A stretch of 63,254 bases of DNA, counting the filler, from Octopus bimaculoides (Eukaryota), in assembly GCF_001194135.2 (NCBI RefSeq). It is 5 parts of 4 records of this genome, joined end to end, with 100 filler letters (N's around TTAATTAATTAA, not from the genome) between each part and the next. Parts side by side here need not be neighbours in the genome. Positions count along the whole stretch, not along the records: positions 14,193 to 44,961 come from NC_068986.1; positions 45,062 to 50,093 come from NC_069007.1; positions 50,194 to 57,801 come from NC_068982.1; 2 more parts are not named here. One strand, written 5' to 3'. How positions within the stretch are numbered: the first letter of the stretch is position 1; every line of letters begins with the position of its first letter. The translations under genes and the position numbers were made by a program. Of the stretch, positions 39,952-53,851 are shown piece by piece. The notes under the pieces were generated by a model. That model was not told the origin of the DNA, ran no database searches, and worked only from the letters and a program-made list of their open reading frames with translations.

Positions 39952-41248
39952 GTTGATACGCAGCACTTTTGTCTTTTCCTGGCTGATCCTCAAGCCCACT
40001 CACCGTGAAGTTTCTCTCAGGTGGTCTACCTTATCTTGCATGTCTTGCAGGCAATGTGACAGTAGCGTGAGATCATCTGCATAGTCCAAGTCCTCCAGCT
40101 TGTTCATCAGTGTCCACTGAATACCTTTCCCGGAGGTAGTGTAGGCTGTCCTGGTGACCCAGTCCAGCACAACAAGGAACAGGAGCGGTGACAACAAACA
40201 GCCCTATCTGACTCCCATGCTGACCCTGAATTCCTCTGACAATTTCCCAGCATGGATGACCTGGCAAGAAAACTCCTCGTAGAGTAATCGAATAATGCGC
40301 ATGATCTTCTCTGGCACACCATAATGTTATAAGATGTCCCAGATTGTCTGCCTGTCTACGCTGTCAAATGCTTTTTCAAAGTCGACAAAGCACACATAGA
40401 GTGATGTTTGCCATTCCATTGTCTGCTCCACGATGATTCTGAGTGTCGCAATCTGGTCCATACATGATCTCTCCTTTCTGAAACCTGCCTGCTCATCTCT
40501 GAGTTGCTTGTCGATGGTATCTATCAATCGCTCCAGGATGATTCTTGTAAGGACTTTGCTTGGAATGGAAAGCAAGGTAATTCCTCTCCACTTGTCGCAT
40601 TGTGATAAATCCCCACTCTTCGGCAGCTTCAGCAAAAGACCCTTCTTCCAGTCAGTTGGTATCATCTTCTGTCGTCCATACCAGGTTCAGCACATGGTGC
40701 ATATGATCGATCATCTCTTCTCCTCCTGCCTTCAGTACCTCTGCTGGTATGCCATCCACTCCTGCCGCCTTTCTATTCTTTAAGCTCTTCATGGCTTTGC
40801 AGATTTCTGGCCACTTCATTGAAGTATGTTCTTCTGTCTCTCCCTAGTTTCTTCTTGACTTCTCTCACCACCTTACTATACTTACTGGCAACGGCCTGTT
40901 TCTGCTGATGGGTTCTGGCTTGGTTCAACTACTGCTTCAGAATCTTCCTCTCCTCCACCTTCTGCCAAGTCTCGTCACTTATCCAAGGCTTCCTGTTCAC
41001 TGGTCGTCTTCCCAGAACCTCTTTGCACACTCCAACTGTAGCCTCCTTCAAATTTGTACAGGATTGTTCCACAGTTGCTTCTGCCTCCTCTGTCTGTAGG
41101 GCTTCAAATCGATTGTGGAGAGCCAACTGGAAAGCCTGTTTTGACTCTTCTTTTTTCAGTTTCTGAACATGAAATTTCACCTGTGAGTTTGCCTGTCTTC
41201 TTGTTGAAAGCTTCACCTTGAGTTTTGCTATCACCAAGTGGTGGTCTG
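39950..41248 (-). mobile_element. RTE-clade LINE: end of endonuclease through RT domain, disrupted, 3' end lost in (CA)n
   Basis: DHHLVIAKLKVKL; IPTDWKKGLLLKLPKSGDLSQCDKWRGITLL; EQAGFRKERSCMDQI; FVDFEKAFDSVDR; QGCLLSPLLF; LDYADD. Confidence 0.93.
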
Positions 41249-41689
41249 GTGGGAACCGGTGTCTGATCGCATCATCATGGCCAGGTTTGAGTCCAGGTTC
41301 CAGCAAGTGTCCATCATTATGTGTTATGCACCTACAAACAATGCGGAGGAAGACACAAAAGATCTCTTCTACTCCCAGTTACAGACAGTGGTAGACAGGA
41401 GTCCCAGAAGAGACATGAATGCCAAAGTTGGAAGTGACAATAGTGAAAGAGAGAGAGAGTGATGGGAAGAAATGGCCTCGGAGTGATGAATGAAAACGAG
41501 GAACTCCTAACTGATTTCTATGCAGTCAACGAACTTACTATTGGAGGCACCCTCTTCCCACACAGACGTTGTCATAAAGCCACCTGGGTATCACCAGATC
41601 AGCAAACGGAAAACCAGATCGACCATATCGCAGTCTGGCAACATTGGAGGAGTTCACTTCAAGATGTGAGAGCCAAGCGAGGAGCAGAT

Positions 41690-41692
<3 letters not shown>
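41249..41692 (+). mobile_element. Inverted 5' segment (APE endonuclease) of the same RTE
   Basis: WEPVSDRIIMARF...CYAPTN...MNAKVG...[27 protein letters not shown]...[10 protein letters not shown], which normally continues directly into (GS)DHHLV found on the opposite strand at 41246. Confidence 0.9.
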
Positions 41693-41910
<218 letters not shown>

Positions 41911-42059
41911 TTATGCAATATATATTTGTTAAGTATGCCTGTTTGGTTATTAGACCTCTGAATGAAAGAAATCATAATGTTAGATGTTCCCTGTGTTGTT
42001 TGATTTATTTAGTGCAATAGTGAACATGGAGAGTCATACGCCCACACCATTTTGTTTGT

Positions 42060-43220
42060 TTTCCATTTGGATTGCAGGTCAATCTGTAAAAAACGAGGAG
42101 CAGTAATTGAGTTTACTCTCCTTACCACATAACTGTTGACATGTGCTGTTTAGCAGATGGTAAGGTTGAGCATAAAGATATGACATAAAGAGAAATAGTA
42201 TGTTTACCTGCTATTTCGCTGGGTTGTAAGTCAAACTGGGCATTGTGTTGCAGCTTGTAGGGCGGCAGTTGAGGAAGCATCTTTTGTAAGTCAATCTGCG
42301 TGTTGTGCTGCAACCTCTGCAGCTCATGCAACAGCAGTTGAGGAAGCATCTCTTGTAAGTTGAATTGTGCGTTGTGCTGTAGTCTCTACAGCTTGTGCAG
42401 CAGCAGTTGAAGAAGCCTCCCTTGTAAGTTGATCTGCGCATTGTGCTGCAGTCTCTGAATCTCGTGCAGCAGCAGTAGAAGAAGCATTTCTTGTTCGGTG
42501 TGCTGAATGTTGCTTGTTGCTTTGTGTGCTCCTTGCGCAGCAATACATGCTAACCAATCACAACGCTGCTCTTCACTTTCCCATCTTCACGCTGAAGCCA
42601 TCCTAAGTGCATTTTGAGAGTTCCTCTTGACAGCGTCCTCGGCAGATTCATTTGCACGCATACGTTTACTTTTCTTTGCAGCATTTGTTTGCCGACCTAT
42701 ATTGGATCTTTTGCATCGAGGCATGGTGGAAAATTATCAGTTTACGCAATAGAAAAAGTCCTAAGGAAAAAGCTGTGAATGTGTAGCACCCAAAAAATAG
42801 TAAAATGTAGTTGGCAAAAATGTTAATCAAACAGACCATATTAAGGATTTTTAATTTTGAGTTTTGAAGTGGCTAGTTTAAGTTGGAATAATTATATGAA
42901 AAAGAGCGCTGATGTNNNNNNNNNNNNNNNNNNNNNNNNNNNNNNNNNNNNNNNNNNNNNNNNNNNNNNNNNNNNNNNNNNNNNNNNNNNNNNNNNNNNN
43001 NNNNNNNNNNNNNNNNNNNNNNNNNNNNNNNNNNNNNNNNNNNNNNNNNNNNNNNNNNNNNNNNNNCGAGGAAAAAATTATAAGAAAAGCATCCTAAGTC
43101 AAAGAGAGCAGCCATGTCAGATTTGGTGAAATTCAGTTGAAAATTGTAGGAGTAGAAGTGGTTCACACAACACACACACACAGACAGACACCTTGTCTTT
43201 TAATATATAAGATAGATAGA
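42060..43220 (-). mobile_element. Helitron 5' portion with N-terminal STPR-like 23-aa repeats, pseudogenised
   Basis: 5' terminus A|TCTATCTATCTTATATATTAAAAG at 43220. ccaccATG at 42724 gives MPRCKRSNIGRQTNAAKKSKRMRANESAE. 69-bp repeat starts at 42485, 42416, 42347 and 42278. An LTCNP remnant, similar to Rep motif 1 (T-x-NP-x-W), lies at about 42065-42082. N gap at 42916-43065. Confidence 0.82.
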
Positions 43221-44913
43221 TAAAATGATGTTATATGTGTGTGTGAAACTGAAATACAAGCCAAATCATATAAAAAAATTTTTTTTTGTTGACACCAACG
43301 AAACTGTAAAGTGTTGACAGTCTGAAGAGAGTCAAATAGGATTTTAATGTAGCTTATATGAAGACATCTCTACCACCTTCTATATTTCTCGCAACTGGAC
43401 ACCTTACTAGTTGTAGTGTTTTTCCATCTGCTGCTGTTAAAGATGCTTTATTTCTCTGTAAATTTGCGTAGTTTCCACCTGATTTCCAAATCAAGTATTG
43501 CTTGAATAATTATTGTTTAATGACATTCAAATTTAAATTTTATCAGGTTTCATCTACCTCTAAATGTGTTACCTAAATGAGTCTGTGGCAAATCACAAAT
43601 TTCATGTTGTAGAATTACCTAGGATAATGATTGACTGATTTTTTTGACACTTCTGAGATTTGTTCCTTTCACTAATGAATTAAAAACTCAATAATTAGAG
43701 TTATATTTGGTTACTGTTATGTAATGTAGTATTTAGAATAAATTTTAATATTCTTGTGGATACGCATGCATACACATACATCTACATTCCTTACATGCAT
43801 CCATACATTTCACTGTCTACTAGTATGCATACATACATGTACAACACACACACAAACATCCACTGACGCCTTCATGTATTTTGTACACCAGAAATATGCT
43901 TTTCGACATATGTTTGCACATGTTCACACATACATTTTTGAATGAACATGGATAAACATATAGGTGCATGTGAAACTGGACACTGGGGCTGGGAAGAAAA
44001 CAGAAATTCAATGGACCTTTCCCCACTTCTCTGTCTTTCTCTCTCTTTCACCTTGGTTTTTGAGTTATTACCAAGCTCAGAAAAGAAAAATCAATATTGT
44101 TGACAGAATCAATACTATGCAGCAATGTTATCACCTTTCTTTTCCCTCATTTGTTAACCTTGTTTTTCTCTAAGCTTTTATCATTTTACTTCACCTGTTG
44201 ACAAATGGATTGTGTTTTACTACTCTATTTGCTACATTGCTATTATACAGAGTTTACCCAGTTTTGTTACCAGTCATATGAGATATTAATTTTTTTGTTT
44301 TTGTTTTACCTCATCTCTCATTTCATTCATTCTCAACAGTTATTTGCTGTCATTTTCAATTTTAAATCACTTTTCCTTTCTTTCCCCACTACACTCTCTC
44401 AACAAGCATTAAAAAAAAAAAATCAAATGATTTATTTTTCAACAGCTGTATGAAAACAAACTTAAAATCTTAACAATTATTCTGAAATAACTTAAATAAA
44501 TAACAAACCAAAAATATTTTATTGGCTATTTATTACATTATGTTGAATTCTAAAAAAAAAATAAGGGGAAAAAAAACATTGTAAACAACATTGTTATAAA
44601 ATTTAATTCCCTTGATGTGTCACTTCAGTTGTCTAAGAAGAAAATAGACAAGAGATGAGATGTGTATATTCTTTGTTATTCAGTGTAATGTTTCATTAGC
44701 ACCTTATTACTTTTCTCTTAAATGCAAAAAATTGTATCTCATCTTTTCCTAATGTTATCTTTAATGATTACTGTTATGTAACTGGAAGCAAGTGTTGTTT
44801 TGCAACTTCATAAAACTGCTGTAAAGCATGGAAAATTATTCTTTTTGTATGTTTTGTCTTGTATTTCTGTTTCACACATATATATCATCATTGTCTTATA
44901 TATATATATATGA

Positions 44914-44961
<48 letters not shown>

Positions 44962-45061
44962 NNNNNNNNNNNNNNNNNNNNNNNNNNNNNNNNNNNNNNN
45001 NNNNNTTAATTAATTAANNNNNNNNNNNNNNNNNNNNNNNNNNNNNNNNNNNNNNNNNNNN
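44962..45061. other. Assembly join spacer (44 N + TTAATTAATTAA + 44 N)
   Basis: Same structure as 14093-14192. Confidence 0.95.
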
Positions 45062-46244
45062 TATACACATATATATACACATATATATACTTATGCCTAC
45101 ATACATACACACCCCCCGACTCATGCCTCCCACCTACACACAACAAAAGATGTATAATAGAATCGACAAAGTTTTTGAAGTAAACATTCGAAAGTATATG
45201 TAGAAATGTTCGTATTAAAAGAATCAAAGAATGCAACATTTTGTAATGAATTTCTTAACTTTTCCACTTGCTGTATTATAGTTTGGGTTTATATAATTCT
45301 ATTGTTAAATATATTACTAAATATTGTGTTGCGTTAAAAAGTCATGCTTCCTCACAGACATAGACTCCATTATTGTATGCCGTATGTTGTATCTGAGAAA
45401 ATTAATATAAATTAAATAGAAACCGTGCAATATATGAAAGCGCCACATTTATGTAAACGGTTATGTAAAATGTCCACAATGTGTATCGGATAAATACTAC
45501 ATCATTAGACAATAACTATGTCACTTCTATTCATCAGATTACAATCTGTCTTTATGTAAGCACTTAAATAAATTTTGAATTTTTGCTTCAGTCAAATAAC
45601 CGCGCATGCATTTTATCATCCGACGAGGTTTGCGATGATGAGTCCTGTTTATAATAGCAATGGTGTATAATAGGCAGTAGGTTCAAAGATAGAATTTGTT
45701 GCATACGGTACAATACTAATAACTATATATTCAAAAATCTCTGACAAATATTAGGTGTAATCCACCACAAGGTTTAAATGTTCACTACAATGTTACCAAT
45801 AGTTCGCTAACCTTTATAAATAACCAGCTCTGTATAGATTAACCTTTAAATGATAGATGTTACCAATAATTGAGGTTTCAAGAATTTTACATAGATACGG
45901 TTATTATTGCAGAATATTAAATATTTTGCTGCACTTTTCGGTGATAAACTTTTCTGTTTTCTTGTACGGAAGTCTAAATATTATTTTGGCTTTTTTATTG
46001 ATTTAAAATGAGAATAGGTATACAAAGTACATTTAAGAAAACGATGAACTTTTTGTTTCTTGCCCGTTTGGTACACACACGCATGCAGCTCTTACGTGCT
46101 ATTTAAGGGGTAGTTGTTTGTAATATCGGTTTAAGGACTGAAATTTGGTAGGGAAGGGCAGAGTCGATCATATTGTTTATCCGTTGCGCTGACGTTTTTT
46201 TCCCGTTCACCAACTTTTTCATTTTTCTTTCTACTTCTTGGCTT

Positions 46245-46332
46245 AAGATCTGAAATTTTGAGGGGAGAGGAAGTCGATTACATCGACTCCAGGGCTCGAC
46301 TAGTAGTTATTTCATCGCCCCCCCACCCACCG
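46245..46332 (-). mobile_element. SINE family A tail fragment, cut by N gap
   Basis: gaaattttgaggggagaggaagtcgattacatcgactccagggctcgactagtagttatttcatcg. Confidence 0.6.
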
Positions 46333-46724
46333 NNNNNNNNNNNNNNNNNNNNNNNNNNNNNNNNNNNNNNNNNNNNNNNNNNNNNNNNNNNNNNNNNNNN
46401 NNNNNNNNNNNNNNNNNNNNNNNNNNNNNNNNNNNNNNNNNNNNNNNNNNNNNNNNNNNNNNNNNNNNNNNNNNNNNNNNNNNNNNNNNNNNNNNNNNNN
46501 NNNNNNNNNNNNNNNNNNNNNNNNNNNNNNNNNNNNNNNNNNNNNNNNNNNNNNNNNNNNNNNNNNNNNNNNNNNNNNNNNNNNNNNNNNNNNNNNNNNN
46601 NNNNNNNNNNNNNNNNNNNNNNNNNNNNNNNNNNNNNNNNNNNNNNNNNNNNNNNNNNNNCAGCTAATCGTTGAGAAGACATTTGTGTTGCCTTGACGTA
46701 GGTTTGCACTCTCTGAGTGCTCTT

Positions 46725-46749
46725 GTTATCATTATTATTATTATTATTA

Positions 46750-46848
<99 letters not shown>

Positions 46849-46865
46849 ATTTCCATCATCATCAT
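46725..46865. repeat. Compound (ATT)n(AGT)n(ATC)n microsatellite
   Basis: Directly visible. Confidence 0.96.
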
Positions 46866-47124
46866 CGTTATTAATGTTGTTGTTTTTTTATCTTTCTTAA
46901 TAATCCTTATTCGTTAATCTTTATTAATATTATTAACAGCCCAATCGTCATTGCTATGACTGTGTTTACACTTTTACTGCTGCTGCTGCTGTTGATGCTG
47001 CTGCTAGTATTTATATCTTTCCTCTTAGCATCGATGGGATTGTTGTTGTTGTTGTTGCTGTCGTAAGCGACGTCGTCATTGCTGTTGTCGTATTGTTCGT
47101 TGTTAGCGTCGTCGCCGTTATGGA

Positions 47125-47163
<39 letters not shown>

Positions 47164-47288
47164 AATTTCATTGATTATTTAATATAAGTTTTGCGCTTCA
47201 ATTAGGTAAGGAGGTCACCGGAGATCATTAATCATTTAATCTCTATCACAGTTCGACTGTTCTTAATCAAGCAGCATTGCAAGAATAC

Positions 47289-47340
47289 AAAAAAAAAACT
47301 ATAAAAAAAAAAACTATAAAAAAAAAACTATAAAAAAAAA
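47289..47340. repeat. Short tandem repeat (A9-10 CTAT)x3
   Basis: aaaaaaaaaactataaaaaaaaaactataaaaaaaaaactataaaaaaaaa. Confidence 0.85.
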
Positions 47341-47776
47341 CCAACAAACACGCACGCACTCACATACACGTACATATACGCAAAGAGATGCACACGTGTA
47401 CACACACCAGGAACTATCTCCTGTATTTGGTATTGTTCCAAAATAGAAGATTCCAGACATCTAGTAAGATATCATATCAGTGATTATTGGTGTCACAACG
47501 CATCGCTTAACCATTCCATTTACCAATTCTTCCGAAGAATTTTTTTCCCCTCTCGAATCTTTGAATATTCTACATAGACACACATTCACACGCATACACA
47601 TACACGTTCTATTATACATGTACATGCTAAATACTGCATCTATGTATATATGTATGTATATGTTCGGTTATATATGTGCATAATGCATATATACATATGT
47701 GTGTGTGTGTGTTCGTATGTGTGTATACATATATGCATATATATATATATATATATATATACACNNNNNNNNNNNN

Positions 47777-47849
<73 letters not shown>

Positions 47850-48254
47850 ATATATACACATATATATATATTCGGTTAAAACAAAGAGACACTTGAATAT
47901 AAAATCAACTAAAAAGAAATGAGCTCTTATCGTAATTATTTGGAGTAGATACTTAGTAATCATAACGAAAATGTTTCTTTTGTGCAGAGCAATCTGCAGA
48001 GAGCGGAATATAAGTGACAAATCCTGTTCCGAGTAATAAAATAATGATGTGCGCGCGCGTGTGTGTGTAAGCATGTATGTATGTATATGGTTCAAAATTA
48101 TGCAACAATAACAGCCAAAGAAAATTTAAAGAAAGACGCAGATGAAGGAACAACAAACAGGGTGTGTTTGTCTGACACTCAGGAAAACTAAGAAGAGTCT
48201 TTGACGTTTCGAGCCTATGTTCAGAATGTTCACAAGAAACGGTCTAAGGAGCAC

Positions 48255-49387
48255 CGAGGATATCGACAAGCTTCACATTGCAAGAAAGTTTACAAGTAAC
48301 GTATTGGCAGCTTTCAAGAAAACCTGATCAGCAAACGAGTCGTGAACTAGCAATTTCAAAACCAATTGCGAATCGCATTTTGAAACTCTGTCATTGGAAA
48401 AGTTTCATTACAAGTGTTGTGGAAGGATTCCGACCACCTTTCAAGTTGCTAAGAGGTGGACTGACTTATTGTTATAAAATATAGAACTGTGAGCTATTGG
48501 CAGTTCGGGTTGGTAGCAGTTCACTCTGAGCCGTTGATATAGAGCGTTGAGTCTCGTGTAATATTTATTGTAGTTAGGTCGTGTAAATACTTTCTTTCCC
48601 CACTGCTTCGTTAAATTATATATCCCTACAAGGATATAAAACCAAATGCACTCCATTTTTTCAATGAAGTCGATCCGGACCGAAGGATTGAGTTTTGTGG
48701 GTGTACTTTGAAAGATGTATACAAACTGCGCATTTTCTAATGAAGATTGTTTTGGTGATGACTCAATTAACCGCCACATCTTGACGTACTGGGGACTAAG
48801 AAGGAATTAACATAACCAATATTTTTAAGTATTGTTACTGATTCCATTTACCTGAATTTGGTGCGGTTGAAATTGTGGAGTTTTATTTCCAGTCAGGTAA
48901 GGCAACCATAAATATTATGGTAATGTGAAGACCTACCTAGATGGGATTTTGTCAAAGAGGTACATTGAACGAAGAGGTACATTGAACGAAGAGATACATT
49001 GAACGAAGAGGTACATTGAACGAAGAGGTACATTGAACGAAGAAGTACAGTAGAATACCGTCTGCTTTCACCGGACGTTTTCACCGGACCTTATAGCACC
49101 GTAATTTAAAATAAAGTTTGCGGTACAAAACCGGTAACAGTCGACTATTTGAGAGTAGTCATTCAAGGAGACTGCGAACAAATACTGACCAAAGTGTTTC
49201 TTGATGTCTGCGATTCCATTGCTTCACTTTCTGGACGAAAATAGTCATCAGTTTGAAAATAGGCGTTCACTAAAAATTTTAATTCTGCCTGTAGACTCTA
49301 TTAAAATATTTAAAATTAAATGTATTTTGATAAACACAGACTTTCTAATCCGTCGATGTGAGCAAACACTTTTAGGGATACCCTGTA
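48255..49387 (+). mobile_element. Degenerate IS630/Tc1/mariner transposon, rosa (DD41D)-like
   Basis: QTSRELAISKPIANRILK (HTH region); NEVDPDRRIEFC; NVKTYLDG..KR.I.RRGTVEY...SPD; KNKVCGTKPVTVDYLR...VCDSIAS..LDENSHQFENRR. The right TIR ends ...gggataccctg|TA at 49385. It may be composite (about 48430-48620 looks inserted). Confidence 0.72.
48957..49041 (+). repeat. 17-bp minisatellite x5 inside the transposase
   Basis: gaggtacattgaacgaa x5 (the third copy has one G>A), followed by a partial unit. Confidence 0.95.
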
Positions 49388-49400
49388 AAAATATATATAT

Positions 49401-49451
<51 letters not shown>

Positions 49452-49667
49452 CGTGTGTGTGTGTGTCTTCGTTTGCACGCGCACATATGCATTTGTGTGG
49501 GTGCGCCTCTTTTATCCTCCCCCTCTCTTCCTCTGCACATATGTGTATTTATGATATATGCATATATATATACATGCATATGTATGTAGATGTATATATA
49601 TATGACCATATATATATATGTGGGAATATATCTATATTTATCTATCTATCTATACACACACACACAC

Positions 49668-49701
<34 letters not shown>

Positions 49702-50062
49702 GCATATATATATAAATGCGTATATATATATATGCATATATATACATACATATTCACACAATTATGTACGTGAAAATGCAGGCCTGTCACGAAAAAGCAG
49801 TTATATACTGGTATTTAATTCCTACACAGTGTACCTAAGGCGATATAGAGAGGCTGCCTTTGTCTTTGATGATGCGGTATAAAAACAACAAACTATAGAT
49901 AGCAACCCTTGGTGGTTGGTACCTGGCGGCTTTACAAGTTGTTGAGTTTTTAACGTGAAAACAGCTGTGGCGTGTTGAGAGACGCTAAGTGGGTATTGTT
50001 TAACTGTTGCAGACGACAATGCAGGAAAATGGACAGGCAAAATATACGCCGCAACATGCATA

Positions 50063-50093
<31 letters not shown>

Positions 50094-50193
50094 NNNNNNN
50101 NNNNNNNNNNNNNNNNNNNNNNNNNNNNNNNNNNNNNTTAATTAATTAANNNNNNNNNNNNNNNNNNNNNNNNNNNNNNNNNNNNNNNNNNNN
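50094..50193. other. Assembly join spacer (44 N + TTAATTAATTAA + 44 N)
   Basis: Same structure as 14093-14192. Confidence 0.95.
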
Positions 50194-50259
<66 letters not shown>

Positions 50260-50269
<10 letters not shown>

Positions 50270-50530
50270 GAATGTGTGTCTATCTGTCTGTGTGAATCCT
50301 TAAAACTCGAGAACTACACAACCGATTTCATTCAAATTTTACACATGCTTTACTTAGGGTCCATGCAGTGTCATGAGCCTAAGAAATTATCAACTTCTTG
50401 CCTAATGCGAGCCAGAGCAATCTCTTATTTCTTACACTATTTCAGTATCACGTGTCAAAAGCGAAATAATATCTCTCTATTGTAATGTGAAATACTTTCA
50501 GTTTAATAGTTTCACTATTAATACTGAAAC
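50260..50530 (+). mobile_element. Non-autonomous Helitron-like 5' portion following (GATA)n
   Basis: gaatgtgtgtctatctgtctgtgtg...aactacacaaccgatttcattcaaattttacaca resembles the 5' body of the Helitron at 43100-43220 (ctgtctgtgtg...tacaattttcaactgaatttcaccaaat). An internal hairpin lies at about 50487-50520. Confidence 0.6.
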
Positions 50531-53500
50531 TATTAAAGTGAAACTGTTATCTCACATATATACATACATTCATACATACATATAAAAAGACACACGCACA
50601 CACACATATATACATTATGTATATGTATGTGTATACATCTGCACATACGTATATATATAGATGCATATGTATAGTATGTATATATGTATATACATACATG
50701 TACATATATAGATTTATATGTTTATATATGTATATATGTATGTATATATATATATATATATGTATATATAGAGATGTATATGTAATATGTTTGCATATAT
50801 ATATATATATANNNNNNNNNNNNNNNNNNNNNNNNNNNNNNNNNNNNNNNNNNNNNNNNNNNNNNNNNNNNNNNNNNNNNNNNNNNNNNNNNNNNNNNNN
50901 NNNNNNNNNNNNNNNNNNNNNNNNNNNNNNNNNNNNNNNNNNNNNNNNNNNNNNNNNNNNNNNNNNNNNNNNNNNNNNNNNNNNNNNNNNNNNNNNNNNN
51001 NNNNNNNNNNNNNNNNNNNNNNNNNNNNNNNNNNNNNNNNNNNNNNNNNNNNNNNNNNNNNNNNNNNNNNNNNNNNNNNNNNNNNNNNNNNNNNNNNNNN
51101 NNATATACACACATTCATATATACATACATATATTATACATTCATAAATATAAATAAAATCATTCATTCAGGATTTTACTTTAGTATTCATAATTCTAAC
51201 ATAAGCATAATATCGTATTTCAAACATTTAATATATATATGGAAGACTAATTTATCTTATTTTATTATATCGAGTTGTATTACAAAATAGATGGAATTTA
51301 TTATAAGTAAATAGTATAATCATTAACATTTATACATACACACAATGTACAAGATATAACTTTTTAAACTTCCTTAGTTTTTGATTTGAACCCCTTCAAG
51401 AAAGATGTAACCTTCGTTTAAAAAACAAATCTGAAGAGATTATGCCTCATACAGTTTAAAATGATAACCGATTCTTTACATTGGATTTGACCCGAATGCT
51501 TCGAATTATTGGGATGGATACAGTACAACTGAAAAAGTGTGTACTTTGAGAAGTGTACCCTCGATTAAATTAATATTTTATTGATTACTTGCTTACGTTG
51601 AAACAAGACCACAAACTTTGGCAATTATATTTGTCCTCAGTATTTTACTAATTTTTTTTTATCTACGTCCAAAAATGTGAAATATAAATTCAACTGTGAT
51701 TTGAACTTAGAGCGTATAAGTATGAAATGAATTACCGCATGTATTGTTTCCTGTGCTTATAGATTCCGTTATCCACTTCAATTTTTCAGAGAATGATAAT
51801 CATAAAAACCTGTCTTATTTTCTAAATTAGAGGATTGTACAGTTGACTATACTTACCTCAGTATTTAATTTGTATACTGATGTTTGTTACATCGAGCCCA
51901 GAACGCTGCGAGACAAAATTGAAGACGTCTGTATTTGAACTTGCAATTTAATGGCCCTCATTATTACGGCTAGGAATTTCTTCGAACTTCTACTGATATT
52001 TATATCCAATTGCCTCGAATATAATGATAATTGTTCAACCACCAACATACTTGTACATACATATGAAAAGACGTGAGTAAACGCAGCACAATGTTTAGAA
52101 AGTCACCTTTCACTTCCTGTTAATTCATCTCCTTAATCCTCTTATGTCATGAAATATATTAGTTTCCGACATTGGTACAAACTTAATAAAATTTCGATGA
52201 AGCCGCAATTGGTTGAAATCAATCAGTATGTTAGTCTGATAGTTATTTCATCCACGCCAGAGTGACACAAAGCAAAACTCGATCAATTCTGGGATTTAAC
52301 TCCAGACTGTAAATGTCGATGGTTAAAAACTACAAGGCATTTTCGCTGCATTCTACTTGTTCATTGTTTATGTAGAATATCAAAATTCATTTAAATGTTG
52401 AAGCAAATCAAGGTTCAATCACATTGTGCTAAGAAACCTTTTCAGTTTTCATCTTGATCGAAAATAGGGAAGATAAGTTCAATATTATCATGGGAAATTT
52501 TATTAACACTGGAAAAGATTTATTTCACTTCGATAAATTAGAAAGTGCTATCTGGAAAACTTAAAATTCGATAGCAATATGTCAAGTAAAAAAGATACCT
52601 AAGATTACTCAGAACTCCGCCATAGTCGTTGCTATTTAGCTCTAGATTGGTCTTGATTGAGTGAAACTACACACGGACTCCTTTGTCGGATCAGCGGGCA
52701 ATGAAATATAATAGTTAACGTCTTCAATGCCATCTTTAAATTAACTTTGCTAGCATACAAGCATTGTTGTAAATAATTACTTCTGGTTTTCATAAACAAA
52801 GCCAGCATCAAAGCATTGACTTGCTAGGGAATTTTGAATAGCTTCTAACTTTCTACAAGACTCAAAAGCGCAACTATTGAGACCTGGTTGTTGTTTAGCC
52901 CTAGGTGATCTTTGATTGAGTAAATTAATAATTAGAAGAGTTCCCGTCATAACGTTCCCGTTTTTTAAATTTTTTATCTTAATGCAGTTTATAAGAATAT
53001 ATGATCTAATGAAACTGTCATGAAGATCTCTAGCTGATTCAGTCACAACAAGGTAATTCACTGCTGTAATTAGCTGCAAGAACAGTGAATAACCGAGGGG
53101 CATTTGCACGGATAGAAAGAATAGATCTAAATTCTTATTTATGGATATAAAATGTTGAAAGGAAAACATTCCATTCTTCATTGACCGGTGGATGTGACTC
53201 AAACAAGTCACGCGATTTACAGTATTTATCACTTGTGAGATAACTAAATAATGATTGACTGAATGAACGGAAGTTATAAATGTTGATACATGTGCAACAA
53301 TATCACTTATCAAACGATAGTGTTAAGATAGACTGGCACAAGACGTAAAGCTGAGATACCATTCTGAAGATTTATACAGATGGAAAAAGCAAATTTCTAT
53401 CACCAGAGGTATAAAATAGAAAAAGAGAATTGATTTACTGTGTAAATATTTCCAAATACACCTAAACTAAACACAGCTCTGTCATCGATGTACGGTCATC

Positions 53501-53729
53501 AATAGAATGGAAATAAAATAAACTGACTGGATCTGTGACATGTATAGCCAAAAAGGGAAGCATTTCGAAACATGAGATGCAATTTGTTCCGTACAAACGT
53601 GACACGTAATGCATCTCCCAAGTTAAATTACATAACAAGAACGACGAACTGATTCTCTAAAGACCATCTAGAAAATAAATAATAGTTTCTCGCAAGGTCT
53701 CAGAAGGAAATGAATGAACAGAATAGCAG

Positions 53730-53851
<122 letters not shown>

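Noticed and set aside
45630-45748. ATGATGA...CTGA pair suggesting a C/D snoRNA
   Set aside because: The terminal stem geometry is off, there are no C'/D' boxes, and the would-be guide is low-complexity AT sequence.
48957-49041. Regular short repeats as a CRISPR-like array
   Set aside because: The units are directly adjacent with no unique spacers, and the context is a eukaryotic transposase.
51845-51860. ATACTTACCT resembling the U1 snRNA 5' end
   Set aside because: The following sequence is not U1. It lies in a decayed SINE fragment.
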